Positions 38,929-48,382 of a DNA stretch of 64,000 nucleotides are shown here, in pieces. The notes under the pieces are model-generated. The model was not told where the DNA came from. It saw nothing but the letters and a program-made list of their open reading frames with translations, and searched no databases. The position numbers were made by a program, and so were the translations under genes. Source of the DNA: Tubiluchus corallicola. Its lineage: Eukaryota > Animalia > Priapulida. Every line of letters begins with the position of its first letter. Position 1 is the stretch's first letter. Location of the stretch: positions 62,001 to 126,000 of the forward strand of contig JAQGDQ010002369.1 of the NCBI GenBank assembly GCA_030141605.1, written 5' to 3'.

Positions 38929-39357
38929 ATGAAAATGATTGGGAAATTTTTTAAAAAATGGTACGCAGTCGTCCTAGAGTTTGTCGTAGTGCTTTGCTCC
39001 GGATACTTGATTTGGAATCACGATAAGTTTCAAGAGAATCTTGCTCCTGAAAAGTATTGGAATGGACGCATTTACTCCTTGGAAAAGGGTCTTAAAAAAG
39101 ACCAGAGGAGATTGCGTTCCATCGAAATTGCGATGGAAAAGGAAAAGATATCTGGTGATTTTGAAGTGAAAGAGGCTGTAGAAAAAGTGGAAGTATTTGG
39201 GGAAGATGCTGATGCTATCGCTCAACATGCCTCCCATGTCCTTCATGGAAAGCTCTCGAATTTGGAAAAAGATCGGCAATCTGCTCAAGAGGTCATCGAT
39301 AAAAAACAGGCTCAACTTGATGCAGCCAAACAAAAGCTAGAGAGCTTGCCCCGCTAA
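38929..39357 (+). CDS. Hypothetical protein, N-terminal TM and coiled coil
   Basis: Hydrophobic helix followed by charged heptads. Confidence 0.6.
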   Translation: MKMIGKFFKKWYAVVLEFVVVLCSGYLIWNHDKFQENLAPEKYWNGRIYSLEKGLKKDQRRLRSIEIAMEKEKISGDFEVKEAVEKVEVFGEDADAIAQHASHVLHGKLSNLEKDRQSAQEVIDKKQAQLDAAKQKLESLPR

Positions 39358-39364
39358 GGTTTTA

Positions 39365-40252
39365 TTAATCTCGATACTGGTTCAGCCAAGCAGCAAGGTT
39401 GTCTATTGCCTCAACTCCTTCCGGAAGTTTTCTGGCAAAAGTGTGCCACGCATGAACCATTTCATCAAATACTTCCAAAGTGACATCTACCCCAGCTTCT
39501 TTAGCTTTTTCGGCAAGTTTCGTTGCATCATCGAGTAGAATCTCACTACTTCCTACATGGATCAGCAAAGGAGGAAAGCCTCTTAGATCTCCAAAGAGCG
39601 GTGAAGCCTGTGGATCTTTGGGATCTTTTCCTTTGAGGTACATTTCTACAGATGCCTTCAGGCGATCGGGTGTGAGAAAATCTTTTCCTTCATTTTGCCT
39701 CAAGCTGGGACTTGTTAGTGTCAAATCGACCCAAGGAGAGAGAACTGCCGCTGCTCTTGGAGCTCTAAGCTTGGAGTTGATCAGCGGGGATAGTAAAGCA
39801 ATGACAAGACCTCCTCCTGCAGAGGATCCAACCAGGAAGATTTTGTCCGGATCGACCCCTTTTTCCAATAACTGACTGTAAGAAGTAATAGCATCGTCCA
39901 CCGCAGCTGGGAAAGGGTGCTCGGGAGCCAATCGATAATCAATACCAATCACACGAATCCTTGTTCCATTGGAAATCCTTCCCATAAGATCGGCGTGTGA
40001 TTTGGCAGAGCCTGCATTGTATCCGCCTCCATGAAAAAATAGAGCGAAGTGTTCATTGGATGAAGCAGGAGCGATGGCATCGATGGCCGATACCCCTGGA
40101 AGATCGAAAGGTTCCAGAATGACTTCATCAGAAGGGGGAAATTCTTCCATCATTTTTTCAAAAGAAGCCCGCGCTTCTTGAATGGTCATCTCTGGCTTTG
40201 GTTTGGCGGAGGCGATTTGTTTTAGAAACTCTTCGAATTCTTTACTGGGCAT
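39365..40252 (-). CDS. HSL-family esterase/lipase
   Basis: HGGG, DYRLAPEHPFPA, GSSAGG, MVHAW. Confidence 0.9.
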   Translation of the reverse strand: MPSKEFEEFLKQIASAKPKPEMTIQEARASFEKMMEEFPPSDEVILEPFDLPGVSAIDAIAPASSNEHFALFFHGGGYNAGSAKSHADLMGRISNGTRIRVIGIDYRLAPEHPFPAAVDDAITSYSQLLEKGVDPDKIFLVGSSAGGGLVIALLSPLINSKLRAPRAAAVLSPWVDLTLTSPSLRQNEGKDFLTPDRLKASVEMYLKGKDPKDPQASPLFGDLRGFPPLLIHVGSSEILLDDATKLAEKAKEAGVDVTLEVFDEMVHAWHTFARKLPEGVEAIDNLAAWLNQYRD

Positions 40253-42110
40253 CGATCTGACAAATTTCTTTTAAAGCCCCATTGAAGTGTTCGGAGAGAA
40301 ATTCTTCAACTTCTTTTTGATGGGGCTGGAATTTTCGTTGGTGTTTTTCAATGAAAAGAACTTCAACGCTTTTACTTTGATATATTTTGCGGGCATCGGA
40401 AAATCTTGCAAAGAGTTTGCAGCTTCCATTGTGCAGGAAAAATTCATTGGGAGTGCCGCCTCCGTTTTGCATGAAGCAGTAGGTGTAGGGTAAAGAAAGC
40501 GGATCAAAAAGAGAATGGCCATCGAAGATAGAGAAGTTTTTTCCCAAGAGAACATGAAGAAGAGTGGGGAAAATATCCACGTGGCTTGTGAGTGTTCTTT
40601 CAATAGGATGACTCGAGGGGATGCGGTAATAGATCGGAACGCGTGTCTGTAGATCATTCAGGTGGGTCCCATGAAATAAAGCACCTTCCTCAAAAAATTC
40701 TTCTCCGTGATCACCTGTGAAAACTATCATGGAATCACTGTAGAGGTCTTTTTCTTTCAGGGATTGGATGACCTTGCCAAATAGGGAGTCGATGAAGTGG
40801 ATCGAATTGCGGTAACGGTTTTTAAGCAGAGGGATATCCTCTTTAGTCCGGATCATTTTCAGGTAGTGGATCTTGTCGCTGATAGGCAAAAATTCAGTTT
40901 CGAAATCTTCGGTCCAGCTGTATTCCGAATGTGTGGAGTCGAGAAAGACAAGAAAGACGTGGCCTTCTTTGTCACTCGTTGTATTGATTCTTTGGACCAA
41001 GTCTGAGATTGCCTTTTGATCACGGAGCTCTGGACGATTGGGCCATTTGACATTGTAATCGTAAAAAGAAGTCAGCACTTGACGATCTTTGCCGAAAAGC
41101 ATGTCATCCATTTGGTAATAGGAAAGGTCTGCAGATGTGAGTAAATGGATTTGGTATCCGAGATCTTTAAGAAGCTGCAGAGAAGGACTGCCGTTTTCCC
41201 AAGTGTTTTTATGGTGGGACCAGTGATGGGGGTAAAAGGAAAAGAAGATGCTATACCAGGAGAGCTGAGATCCTTGAGCATTGGAAAAGGAAAAAGGAAG
41301 GGAAATATTTTCATTCCGGAACTGAACGAGATGGGGCGCTGTTTCTTCTGTGATGAAATCGTCACGGAGAGTTTCAACAACAAAGAGAAAAATGAGGGGT
41401 TTCTTATCTGTAATAAGCGGTTGATTTTGTAAAGTGGTGAGGATGTTACTTTCTGTCTCCCCCTGTTTCATAGGCATGGCTAATTTGAGTGCCGGGCCTC
41501 TTGGATGGAGGAAGGTAAATTTCAAGGGTAACGATTTTTGGTAAGAGAGATAAGTCTTCAGGTCCAAAAAGGTAAGAGAAGCGCTATCGAACAGGAAGAG
41601 TAGAATAGAGAGGGAAAAAAGGTTGGCAACCAAGAACCTGGGAGAGATTGTTCTTTTCGACACCTTGCAGCATAGAGAATAGAGAAAGGTGCCGACGAAG
41701 GGAAGCAGACAGGTGGTGACGATAATGAGAAGGCTCATCGTTAGATTTAGGTTCATGGCTCGGATAGAGGCAAAGAAATGATTCCAGCCTGATAAAAAGA
41801 AAATCTTAAACGCATAGAAGATAGACCGGTCCATAAGACGGATCATGATGAAATCGATGAACCTTGCTAAAAGATAGAAGCAAAAGCATCCTAAAAATAT
41901 GTTAAAGGACCATCGAGGGAGATGTTTTTCTACCCAATACCCGATCAGAGCAATAATACTCATCTCCAAAAGAGATTGTAGAAGGGCGTACCCGAGAAAA
42001 TAGGCCTTGATCGTCCCTCCTGGCCCTATTGTTCCGGAAATCAAGGTGCTGCAGAGAAAAAGGTTGAATGCGAAACAAATAGCGTAAAAAAGAAAATTGG
42101 GCTTTTTCAT
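40242..42110 (-). CDS. Membrane sulfatase-like hydrolase/transferase (YejM/LtaS-like)
   Basis: N-terminal TM bundle, VVETLR, DSTH, TGDHGEEF, SHVDIFPT. Confidence 0.75.
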   Translation of the reverse strand: MKKPNFLFYAICFAFNLFLCSTLISGTIGPGGTIKAYFLGYALLQSLLEMSIIALIGYWVEKHLPRWSFNIFLGCFCFYLLARFIDFIMIRLMDRSIFYAFKIFFLSGWNHFFASIRAMNLNLTMSLLIIVTTCLLPFVGTFLYSLCCKVSKRTISPRFLVANLFSLSILLFLFDSASLTFLDLKTYLSYQKSLPLKFTFLHPRGPALKLAMPMKQGETESNILTTLQNQPLITDKKPLIFLFVVETLRDDFITEETAPHLVQFRNENISLPFSFSNAQGSQLSWYSIFFSFYPHHWSHHKNTWENGSPSLQLLKDLGYQIHLLTSADLSYYQMDDMLFGKDRQVLTSFYDYNVKWPNRPELRDQKAISDLVQRINTTSDKEGHVFLVFLDSTHSEYSWTEDFETEFLPISDKIHYLKMIRTKEDIPLLKNRYRNSIHFIDSLFGKVIQSLKEKDLYSDSMIVFTGDHGEEFFEEGALFHGTHLNDLQTRVPIYYRIPSSHPIERTLTSHVDIFPTLLHVLLGKNFSIFDGHSLFDPLSLPYTYCFMQNGGGTPNEFFLHNGSCKLFARFSDARKIYQSKSVEVLFIEKHQRKFQPHQKEVEEFLSEHFNGALKEICQIDAQ

Positions 42111-42268
42111 GAGATGGGCTTTTTTATTACTTTAGCCCAATTGCTTCCTTTTGACAAGGTGCTGGATATCTTGATCAGAGGTGAACATCAGTAGGAAATT
42201 TTTCGAAGATTGGCATTTATGTCTTCTTATCTTATCGTTGACAGGCATTATTAATAGTAGGTTCCCCT

Positions 42269-43630
42269 ATGAAAAAATTCATCATTGCTCTGGTTGTATT
42301 TGCATGCTCTCTTCAAGCGGAAGAGAAAAAGCCACAAGTGGTCGTATTGGGAAGTGGAGTGGGAGCACTCACTTCTGCGCTTTATATAGCACGTGCCGGA
42401 ATGACTCCGATCGTTATTGAAGGTAGTCAGCCGGGAGGATTGATCTTTCAGTCCCATCTCGTCCAGAATTGGCCAGGTGAAGTGGAGATCTCCGGTCTTG
42501 AACTTGTTCAAAAAATGAGAGAACAGGTCGAAGCAAATGGTGCTATCTTTTTATCATCTGAAGTTAAGGAAATTGATTTTTCCCGCAGACCTTTTACGAT
42601 TCGTGTTCAGGACATTTTCAGAAAAAAAGAGAGAGTCATTCAGGCCGATGCCTGCATCATCGCAATGGGATCCCAGCCGAATTATCTCGGTATTGAAGGG
42701 GAAAGCGCCTACTGGGGACAAGGTGTGACGAATTGCGCAGTTTGTGATGGTCCTCTCTATAGGGGTAAGACTGTTGCTGTTGTTGGCGGGGGAGACTCAG
42801 CTCTTTTAGAAACGGATTATCTTTCCAAGATCGCCAAAGAAGTTCAACTCTTTGTTCGCAGAGACGAATTCAGGACTGTTGAAGATAAGAGAAAGGATGA
42901 AATTCTGGCAAAATCGAATGTGAAGGTGAACTTTCTTACGACAGTGGACGCGATTTTCGGAGATGGAGAAAAAGTGATCTCCGTTTGGACGAAGAAAGGG
43001 GAGGAAGAAGAAGAAGTTCCTGTCGATGGTGTTTTTCTCGCCATCGGATCTCAGCCAAATACGGAAATTTTCAAAGGGAAACTGAAACTGGATGAGAGGG
43101 GATATATTGCCTTAACGAATGATCAACAAACTTCTGTAGAAGGAGTCTTTGCGATCGGCGATATTGTCGATCCTGTTTATAAACAAGCGATCTCTGCTGC
43201 TGGAGACGGTGCCAAAGCTGCCCTGCAGGCTGAGCGATTTGTCGCCCGAGCCGGATCTTGTGTAATGGACCTGGCAAGGTTTGATTTGCAGGAAGCTGAA
43301 AAAGGCAGGGTGAAAGAAGTTGAGAGCCTGGACCAGTTCGAAAAGGAAATCAGTCAAAACGAAGTTCCTGTTCTTGTCGATTTTTATGCAAACTGGTGCG
43401 GTCCCTGCAAGAGGTTGAGCCCCATGTTTGATTCCTGGGCCCAGGATTATGCCGGCAAGGTATCTTTTCTGAAGGTGAATGTTGATGAATTCCGAACCCT
43501 GAGTGAAAAGTACCGGATTACAGGCATGCCGACCCTACTGATGTTCGAAAATGGCAAGGTTGTACAGCGAAAAGTGGGAACGGGGCAAATTGCTCAGTTC
43601 GTCGATGGTTTGGAAAGCAATCTAAGGTAA
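42269..43630 (+). CDS. trxB: Thioredoxin reductase-thioredoxin fusion with signal-like N-terminus
   Basis: CAVCDG, VGGGDSA, GVFAIGD; C-terminal DFYANWCGPCK domain. Confidence 0.88.
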   Translation: MKKFIIALVVFACSLQAEEKKPQVVVLGSGVGALTSALYIARAGMTPIVIEGSQPGGLIFQSHLVQNWPGEVEISGLELVQKMREQVEANGAIFLSSEVKEIDFSRRPFTIRVQDIFRKKERVIQADACIIAMGSQPNYLGIEGESAYWGQGVTNCAVCDGPLYRGKTVAVVGGGDSALLETDYLSKIAKEVQLFVRRDEFRTVEDKRKDEILAKSNVKVNFLTTVDAIFGDGEKVISVWTKKGEEEEEVPVDGVFLAIGSQPNTEIFKGKLKLDERGYIALTNDQQTSVEGVFAIGDIVDPVYKQAISAAGDGAKAALQAERFVARAGSCVMDLARFDLQEAEKGRVKEVESLDQFEKEISQNEVPVLVDFYANWCGPCKRLSPMFDSWAQDYAGKVSFLKVNVDEFRTLSEKYRITGMPTLLMFENGKVVQRKVGTGQIAQFVDGLESNLR

Positions 43631-45544
43631 GGATGGCTCCCCGTTTGAGAAGATCCTCTCAAGGCCGCTTCCAAACTGTTGCTCGATCAAAGATCTTCTT
43701 TCCATATAAGATTCTTCGATGGGCGAGTCCGGATAGTCTCGAATCGAGACGATTTGGATTCGCTTTGATGAAAAAATATCATTCCGGTTTGTAAATCGGG
43801 CAGTCACTTTTCTCTTTCCGTTATGAAGGAAAAATTCGTAGGGAGGACGGGAAGCATTGTATCTTGCAGTGAAGACAAAGGGCCATTTCTTCGAGTCGAA
43901 AATCGAACTTCCTTCAAAGAGATCCTGAGGATAATTCCCTCCTAAGATGTAGTCGAATATGCTGGGGAATATTTCCATTTGGCTGCATAGCTCTTTTGAC
44001 GGGATATCTCTGTCATTTTTTCCAAATTTGAAATAGAGAGGGATGTGGGTCTGCTCATGGGAAAGATGGGAACAATGAAAAATATTGCCCTGCTCATAGA
44101 ACTCCTCTCCATGATCCCCTAATATTACGATGATCGCATCATCATATAGATCTTTTTCCTTCAGCATCTTGATGAAATAACCAAAAAGAGCATCGACGAA
44201 GTGAACGGCATTTCGATAGCGGTTTTTGATTTGATCGATACTCTCTTTACAAGGATTGATCTTGAAATAGTCGATTTCATCACAGATTGGGAAGAATTTT
44301 AGAGGACGTTTCTTCGGCCAGCTATAGTCAAAATGAGTAGCATCCCAGAAGACGACAAAGAGGTTTGAATGATCCTGGACTTGATTTAGATCGAATGTTT
44401 TCTTGAGCTCCCTGATCGTTTTTGCATCCGTTGCGCAAGCTTCAGTAGGATAGTAATGGGGAAAGGTATTGAATTGGTCTGCAAGATAATGTTCTTTACC
44501 AAAAATGATCTGATCCATGTTGTAGTAGCTTAGCATGGCAGAAGAGAAGACATTGATTTGATATCCCATATTCTTCATTAGCTGCATAGGGATGCTTCCA
44601 GATTCCCAGTTGGAATTCCTCACATGGGCCCAATAATGGGGAAATCTTGAATAGAAGATGGAAAACCATGAGTATGGAGTGCAATTGGCATTCGAAAAAG
44701 CATGATCGAATGCGATATTTTCATTCTTGAATTTATAGATGTTCGGGGCTACTTCAGGAGTGATGAAGTCCTCTCTCAGACTCTCTATTACGAAGAGATA
44801 GACATTAGGTCTTAGTGTCGGAGTCAGTTTTGCCTGGGAGATTTTTTCGAGGATTTTCGCTTCATCAGGAGGGTCTTGGGGGCGGAGCGGGTTGTTGATA
44901 TAAATGTGTTTGGGCTGAAGAAAGGTAAACTTCCATGGCAATGCCTGAGCATAGGCATGATAGGCGTCAGGATGGATCACCTTGGATGCGGAAAAATCCC
45001 AGAGGACCATGGCGATCGGGATGCAAAAGAGTCCCTGCACAAAATGGGCCTCCCGGATTCCTAAAGGACGCCGATTTGCAAATCGTTCGGTGATCTTGTA
45101 AAAGAAGATCCCGATCAAAGGAATTATTCCTATGGCAACAAAGATCCCTATCCATGCAAGCAAGGGCAGTCCCGATGCATGGAGCATTTCTAAAAAGTTA
45201 TCGAAGTTTTCATCGAAGACAAAGTCTAACGTATCCCAAAAAGAGAGATCCAGGATCCGATTGACGACAAAATCGATAGGATGGGTCAGTATGAGGAGGA
45301 AAGAAAAGCCGATGTATGCGAAATATGCCTTTCGTGAGAATTTGTGTTTGATCAACCATCCAATGAAAATAAGGACCCCTACCTCGATCACACACTCTGC
45401 TAGCGAATAGAACAAGAAGAAAACTCGGCTGTCCTCATGACCATTGATCAGGTACACCTTGATCGTCGTCAGGATGACCAAAAAAATCAGAATGAAGCCG
45501 AAATAGATGTAGTTGATGCGGATTTTTGGTTCTTGGTCGCTCAT
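43622..45544 (-). CDS. Membrane sulfatase-like hydrolase/transferase, paralog of 40242
   Basis: TM bundle, IESLR, DATH, GDHGEEF. Confidence 0.75.
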   Translation of the reverse strand: MSDQEPKIRINYIYFGFILIFLVILTTIKVYLINGHEDSRVFFLFYSLAECVIEVGVLIFIGWLIKHKFSRKAYFAYIGFSFLLILTHPIDFVVNRILDLSFWDTLDFVFDENFDNFLEMLHASGLPLLAWIGIFVAIGIIPLIGIFFYKITERFANRRPLGIREAHFVQGLFCIPIAMVLWDFSASKVIHPDAYHAYAQALPWKFTFLQPKHIYINNPLRPQDPPDEAKILEKISQAKLTPTLRPNVYLFVIESLREDFITPEVAPNIYKFKNENIAFDHAFSNANCTPYSWFSIFYSRFPHYWAHVRNSNWESGSIPMQLMKNMGYQINVFSSAMLSYYNMDQIIFGKEHYLADQFNTFPHYYPTEACATDAKTIRELKKTFDLNQVQDHSNLFVVFWDATHFDYSWPKKRPLKFFPICDEIDYFKINPCKESIDQIKNRYRNAVHFVDALFGYFIKMLKEKDLYDDAIIVILGDHGEEFYEQGNIFHCSHLSHEQTHIPLYFKFGKNDRDIPSKELCSQMEIFPSIFDYILGGNYPQDLFEGSSIFDSKKWPFVFTARYNASRPPYEFFLHNGKRKVTARFTNRNDIFSSKRIQIVSIRDYPDSPIEESYMERRSLIEQQFGSGLERIFSNGEPSLP

Positions 45545-45675
45545 TTCTTCCCTAAAAAAAACAGAGATCCCCTTATGTCGCCTTTTAAAACCATTGTTGA
45601 ATCTCGTCAAGGGGAACACCAATATTAGCAAAAAACTTTTCGTGGAATTCCGTCTGCTGTGATAGAATTTCAGCC

Positions 45676-46374
45676 ATGAAATGGATCAAAGACTTCCAGC
45701 TTTTCCTTTTTGATTTCGACGGACTCCTTGTGAATACAGAGTCGGTTCATTTTCAAGCTTATATCAATGTTTGTGCAAAAAGAGGGGGCCAGCTCGATTG
45801 GGACTTTCAGCAGTTTGCGCAATTGGCACATATCAGTGGAGATGCTTTGAAAGAAGCTATTTGTCTGAAGTTTCCCAAACTCTTTGAAAAAGGGCTTCAG
45901 TGGGAAATGTTATATGAGGAGAAGGCTGCTGAGTATATTGATTTGATCCGGGGGAGTCCGGTCAATATGATGTCAGGGGCTGAGAAGTTGCTGGAAGCTC
46001 TTGAAAAAGCAAATATCCGAAGATGCGTCGTGACCAATTCCACAAAACAGCAAACGGATTTAATCCGGGCTAAAATCCCTGTCCTGGATACCATCCCTTA
46101 CTGGATCACACGAGAAGACTACCTGAACAAGAAGCCCCATCCTGAATGTTACCTGCGCGCCATCCAATTATATGGGGAAAAAGGAGACCGGATTATAGGA
46201 TTTGAAGATACCTTGAAAGGATTGAATGCACTTCAGGGGTGTCCTCTTCAGCCTGTGCTGATCTGTCCCTCACATCATCCCCAATTGAATGCGGTCCTAG
46301 GTAGCGAAGTCCTTCATTTCGAATCCTTCAACCAGATTCCCACTGAAAAGATCACTGGTCCTCTCGAAGTCTAA
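45676..46374 (+). CDS. HAD family phosphatase
   Basis: FDFDGLLVNT, VTNS, KPHP, GFED. Confidence 0.9.
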   Translation: MKWIKDFQLFLFDFDGLLVNTESVHFQAYINVCAKRGGQLDWDFQQFAQLAHISGDALKEAICLKFPKLFEKGLQWEMLYEEKAAEYIDLIRGSPVNMMSGAEKLLEALEKANIRRCVVTNSTKQQTDLIRAKIPVLDTIPYWITREDYLNKKPHPECYLRAIQLYGEKGDRIIGFEDTLKGLNALQGCPLQPVLICPSHHPQLNAVLGSEVLHFESFNQIPTEKITGPLEV

Positions 46375-46390
46375 TCATTTGAATTTCAGA

Positions 46391-47137
46391 TTAATAATCG
46401 ATGTGGATGAGGAATAGGCCATGCGCTGGAGCAGCCATGGGAGCTTTCCTTCTGTCTTTGGCTTCGAAGATCGCATCGATTAGTTCGGGAGCTATTTTTC
46501 CGGCTGCAACTGTCAATAGAGCTCCTGTGATGTTCCGAACCATCTTGTACAGAAAGCCATCACCTTCAAACTCGAGTCGGACACCATAAGTCTCTTCAAT
46601 GATATCGAGTCGGTAGATTGTCTTGACAGGTTTGTTTGCGGCACATCCACGGCTTGCATCATTAGCAAAAGAAGTAAAATCATGCGTACCGATGAATTTT
46701 TTAGCAGCTCTCCTCATCAGGTCGATATCGAGCTTCTTCTTTACGTGAAGAGAATGTCTTCGGGTGAAGGGATCATGGACCTGGTCGAGATGGAGATGAT
46801 AATGATAGGTTTTTCGCTTTGCACTATATCGTGAATGAAAATCAGAAGGGACTTCTTCGACTTTTTTAACACGGATGTCTTTAGGCAAAAGACCGTTGAT
46901 GGAAACGAGAAAGCGGTTTTGATCGAGATGTTCATCTATAGAAAAATGGGCCACCTGCCCTTTGGCGTGTACGCCCGCATCGGTTCTCCCTGCTCCTGTG
47001 ACATTGATCTTCTCTTTGAAAAGGATTTCAAAAGCATCCTGAATAACTTCCTGAATTGAAGTAGCATTGGGTTGAGTTTGCCATCCTGAATATTCTGATC
47101 CATCATAAGCAATCGTGATCTTATAGAGTCTTTTCAT
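46391..47137 (-). CDS. truA: tRNA pseudouridine(38-40) synthase
   Basis: AYDG..Y.GWQ, AGRTDAGVHA.GQ, FLYKMVR. Confidence 0.95.
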   Translation of the reverse strand: MKRLYKITIAYDGSEYSGWQTQPNATSIQEVIQDAFEILFKEKINVTGAGRTDAGVHAKGQVAHFSIDEHLDQNRFLVSINGLLPKDIRVKKVEEVPSDFHSRYSAKRKTYHYHLHLDQVHDPFTRRHSLHVKKKLDIDLMRRAAKKFIGTHDFTSFANDASRGCAANKPVKTIYRLDIIEETYGVRLEFEGDGFLYKMVRNITGALLTVAAGKIAPELIDAIFEAKDRRKAPMAAPAHGLFLIHIDY

Positions 47138-47780
47138 AAATCATCTCAGCAAATTCAAGATCTAAGGGAGTTGTGATTTTTAAATTTTTCACAGAACCGG
47201 GAACAATCTGAACCGAACCTTTTACCAGTTCTGCTAAAGCTACATCATCTGTCACAGTCAGTCTTTCTTTCTGGGCTTTTGCAAATCCCTCTTCGAGAAG
47301 ATCTCTGCGAACGACTTGAGGCGTTTGCATCTGCCAAAGAGATTCCCGGGAAATTGTGCCCTCTACTTTTCTTGTTGGATCACATTTTTTTATCGTGTAG
47401 GGAATGGGCGTTCCCAAAGCAGAGGCGCCATGCTTTTTGGCGCTTTCCATTACTTCAAGAATTTCCTTTTTTTGGATGAAGGGCCTGGCCCCATCATGGA
47501 TGCAAATGAACTCTGAGTCCTGGGAGACTTGTTGAAGTCCATTCCAAACAGAATCCTGTCTTCTCTCTCCAGGAGAGGCAAATTGAAAACCTTTTCCAAA
47601 AATCGATGAGTAGTTGGGAGCGCAGACGATAATGATTTCTTCAATTTCATTCATTGATTGAAAAACCCTAAGGCTATGAAAAACAATAGGTTTGTCCTTT
47701 AAGGGGAGATATTGTTTTGGAGTGGAAGAGCCCATCCTCAGACCTTTTCCTCCAGATAGAAAGATCAATGCTGTTTTCAT
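47121..47780 (-). CDS. ispD: 2-C-methyl-D-erythritol 4-phosphate cytidylyltransferase
   Basis: GG.G.RMG...PKQY, RQDSV, IHDGARP, QTPQ, TDD, KITTP.DL. Confidence 0.93.
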   Translation of the reverse strand: MKTALIFLSGGKGLRMGSSTPKQYLPLKDKPIVFHSLRVFQSMNEIEEIIIVCAPNYSSIFGKGFQFASPGERRQDSVWNGLQQVSQDSEFICIHDGARPFIQKKEILEVMESAKKHGASALGTPIPYTIKKCDPTRKVEGTISRESLWQMQTPQVVRRDLLEEGFAKAQKERLTVTDDVALAELVKGSVQIVPGSVKNLKITTPLDLEFAEMIYEKTL

Positions 47781-47852
47781 AGAGGAAAAAGGTAGCATAG
47801 ATCAGTGATTAAAAAAAGCGTGCAAGTAAGCCTAAATAGGAGAAATTTTTTG

Positions 47853-47891
47853 AAAAAAAGAGAAGACAAGCGGGCCCCCTAAGGAGCCCGC
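47853..47891 (-). terminator. Terminator after the SWIB gene
   Basis: GCGGGC..GCCCGC hairpin with U-rich tail on the minus strand. Confidence 0.6.
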
Positions 47892-47897
47892 AAGTCA

Positions 47898-48158
47898 TTA
47901 AGATAGATGCTTGTTAACAAGCTTAGTCATTTGAAACATATTGACAGCTTTATTAGTGCCGAATACTTTTCCCAAATTTTCATCAGGATTGATGTTTCTT
48001 TTGTTCTTTGGATCTTGCAGCTTATTTTTTTTGATATAAGCCCAAAGTTTTTTCGTGACCTCTGTTCGCGGCATAGGTCCTTTCCCTACAACAGCAGCAA
48101 GGGAATCACTTATTTTCATTGGTTGCATGAATTTCTTGTTTTGTTGTCTTGCAGCCAT
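47898..48158 (-). CDS. SWIB/MDM2 domain protein
   Basis: PRTEVTKKLWAYIKKNKLQDPKNKRNI; stand-alone SWIB typical of chlamydiae. Confidence 0.93.
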   Translation of the reverse strand: MAARQQNKKFMQPMKISDSLAAVVGKGPMPRTEVTKKLWAYIKKNKLQDPKNKRNINPDENLGKVFGTNKAVNMFQMTKLVNKHLS

Positions 48159-48382
48159 ATTCCTAACTCCTTTGAAATGTCTCAAGGTATTCACATACTC
48201 ACAGTAAGAACTCTTTTATCTCCCTTGGGGTTTTATAGTCAAAAAAAATCGTGAGAATTTTTTTTCGTACCGGTTTTGAGATTGATGCGTTAGTATATAC
48301 TACTTCCGGCTGAAAGGAGTATAGTTCAGGAGATTTGCTTTACCCTTTTTGTTGGATAAGTTCCATGTGCCAGTAGGGTGAG

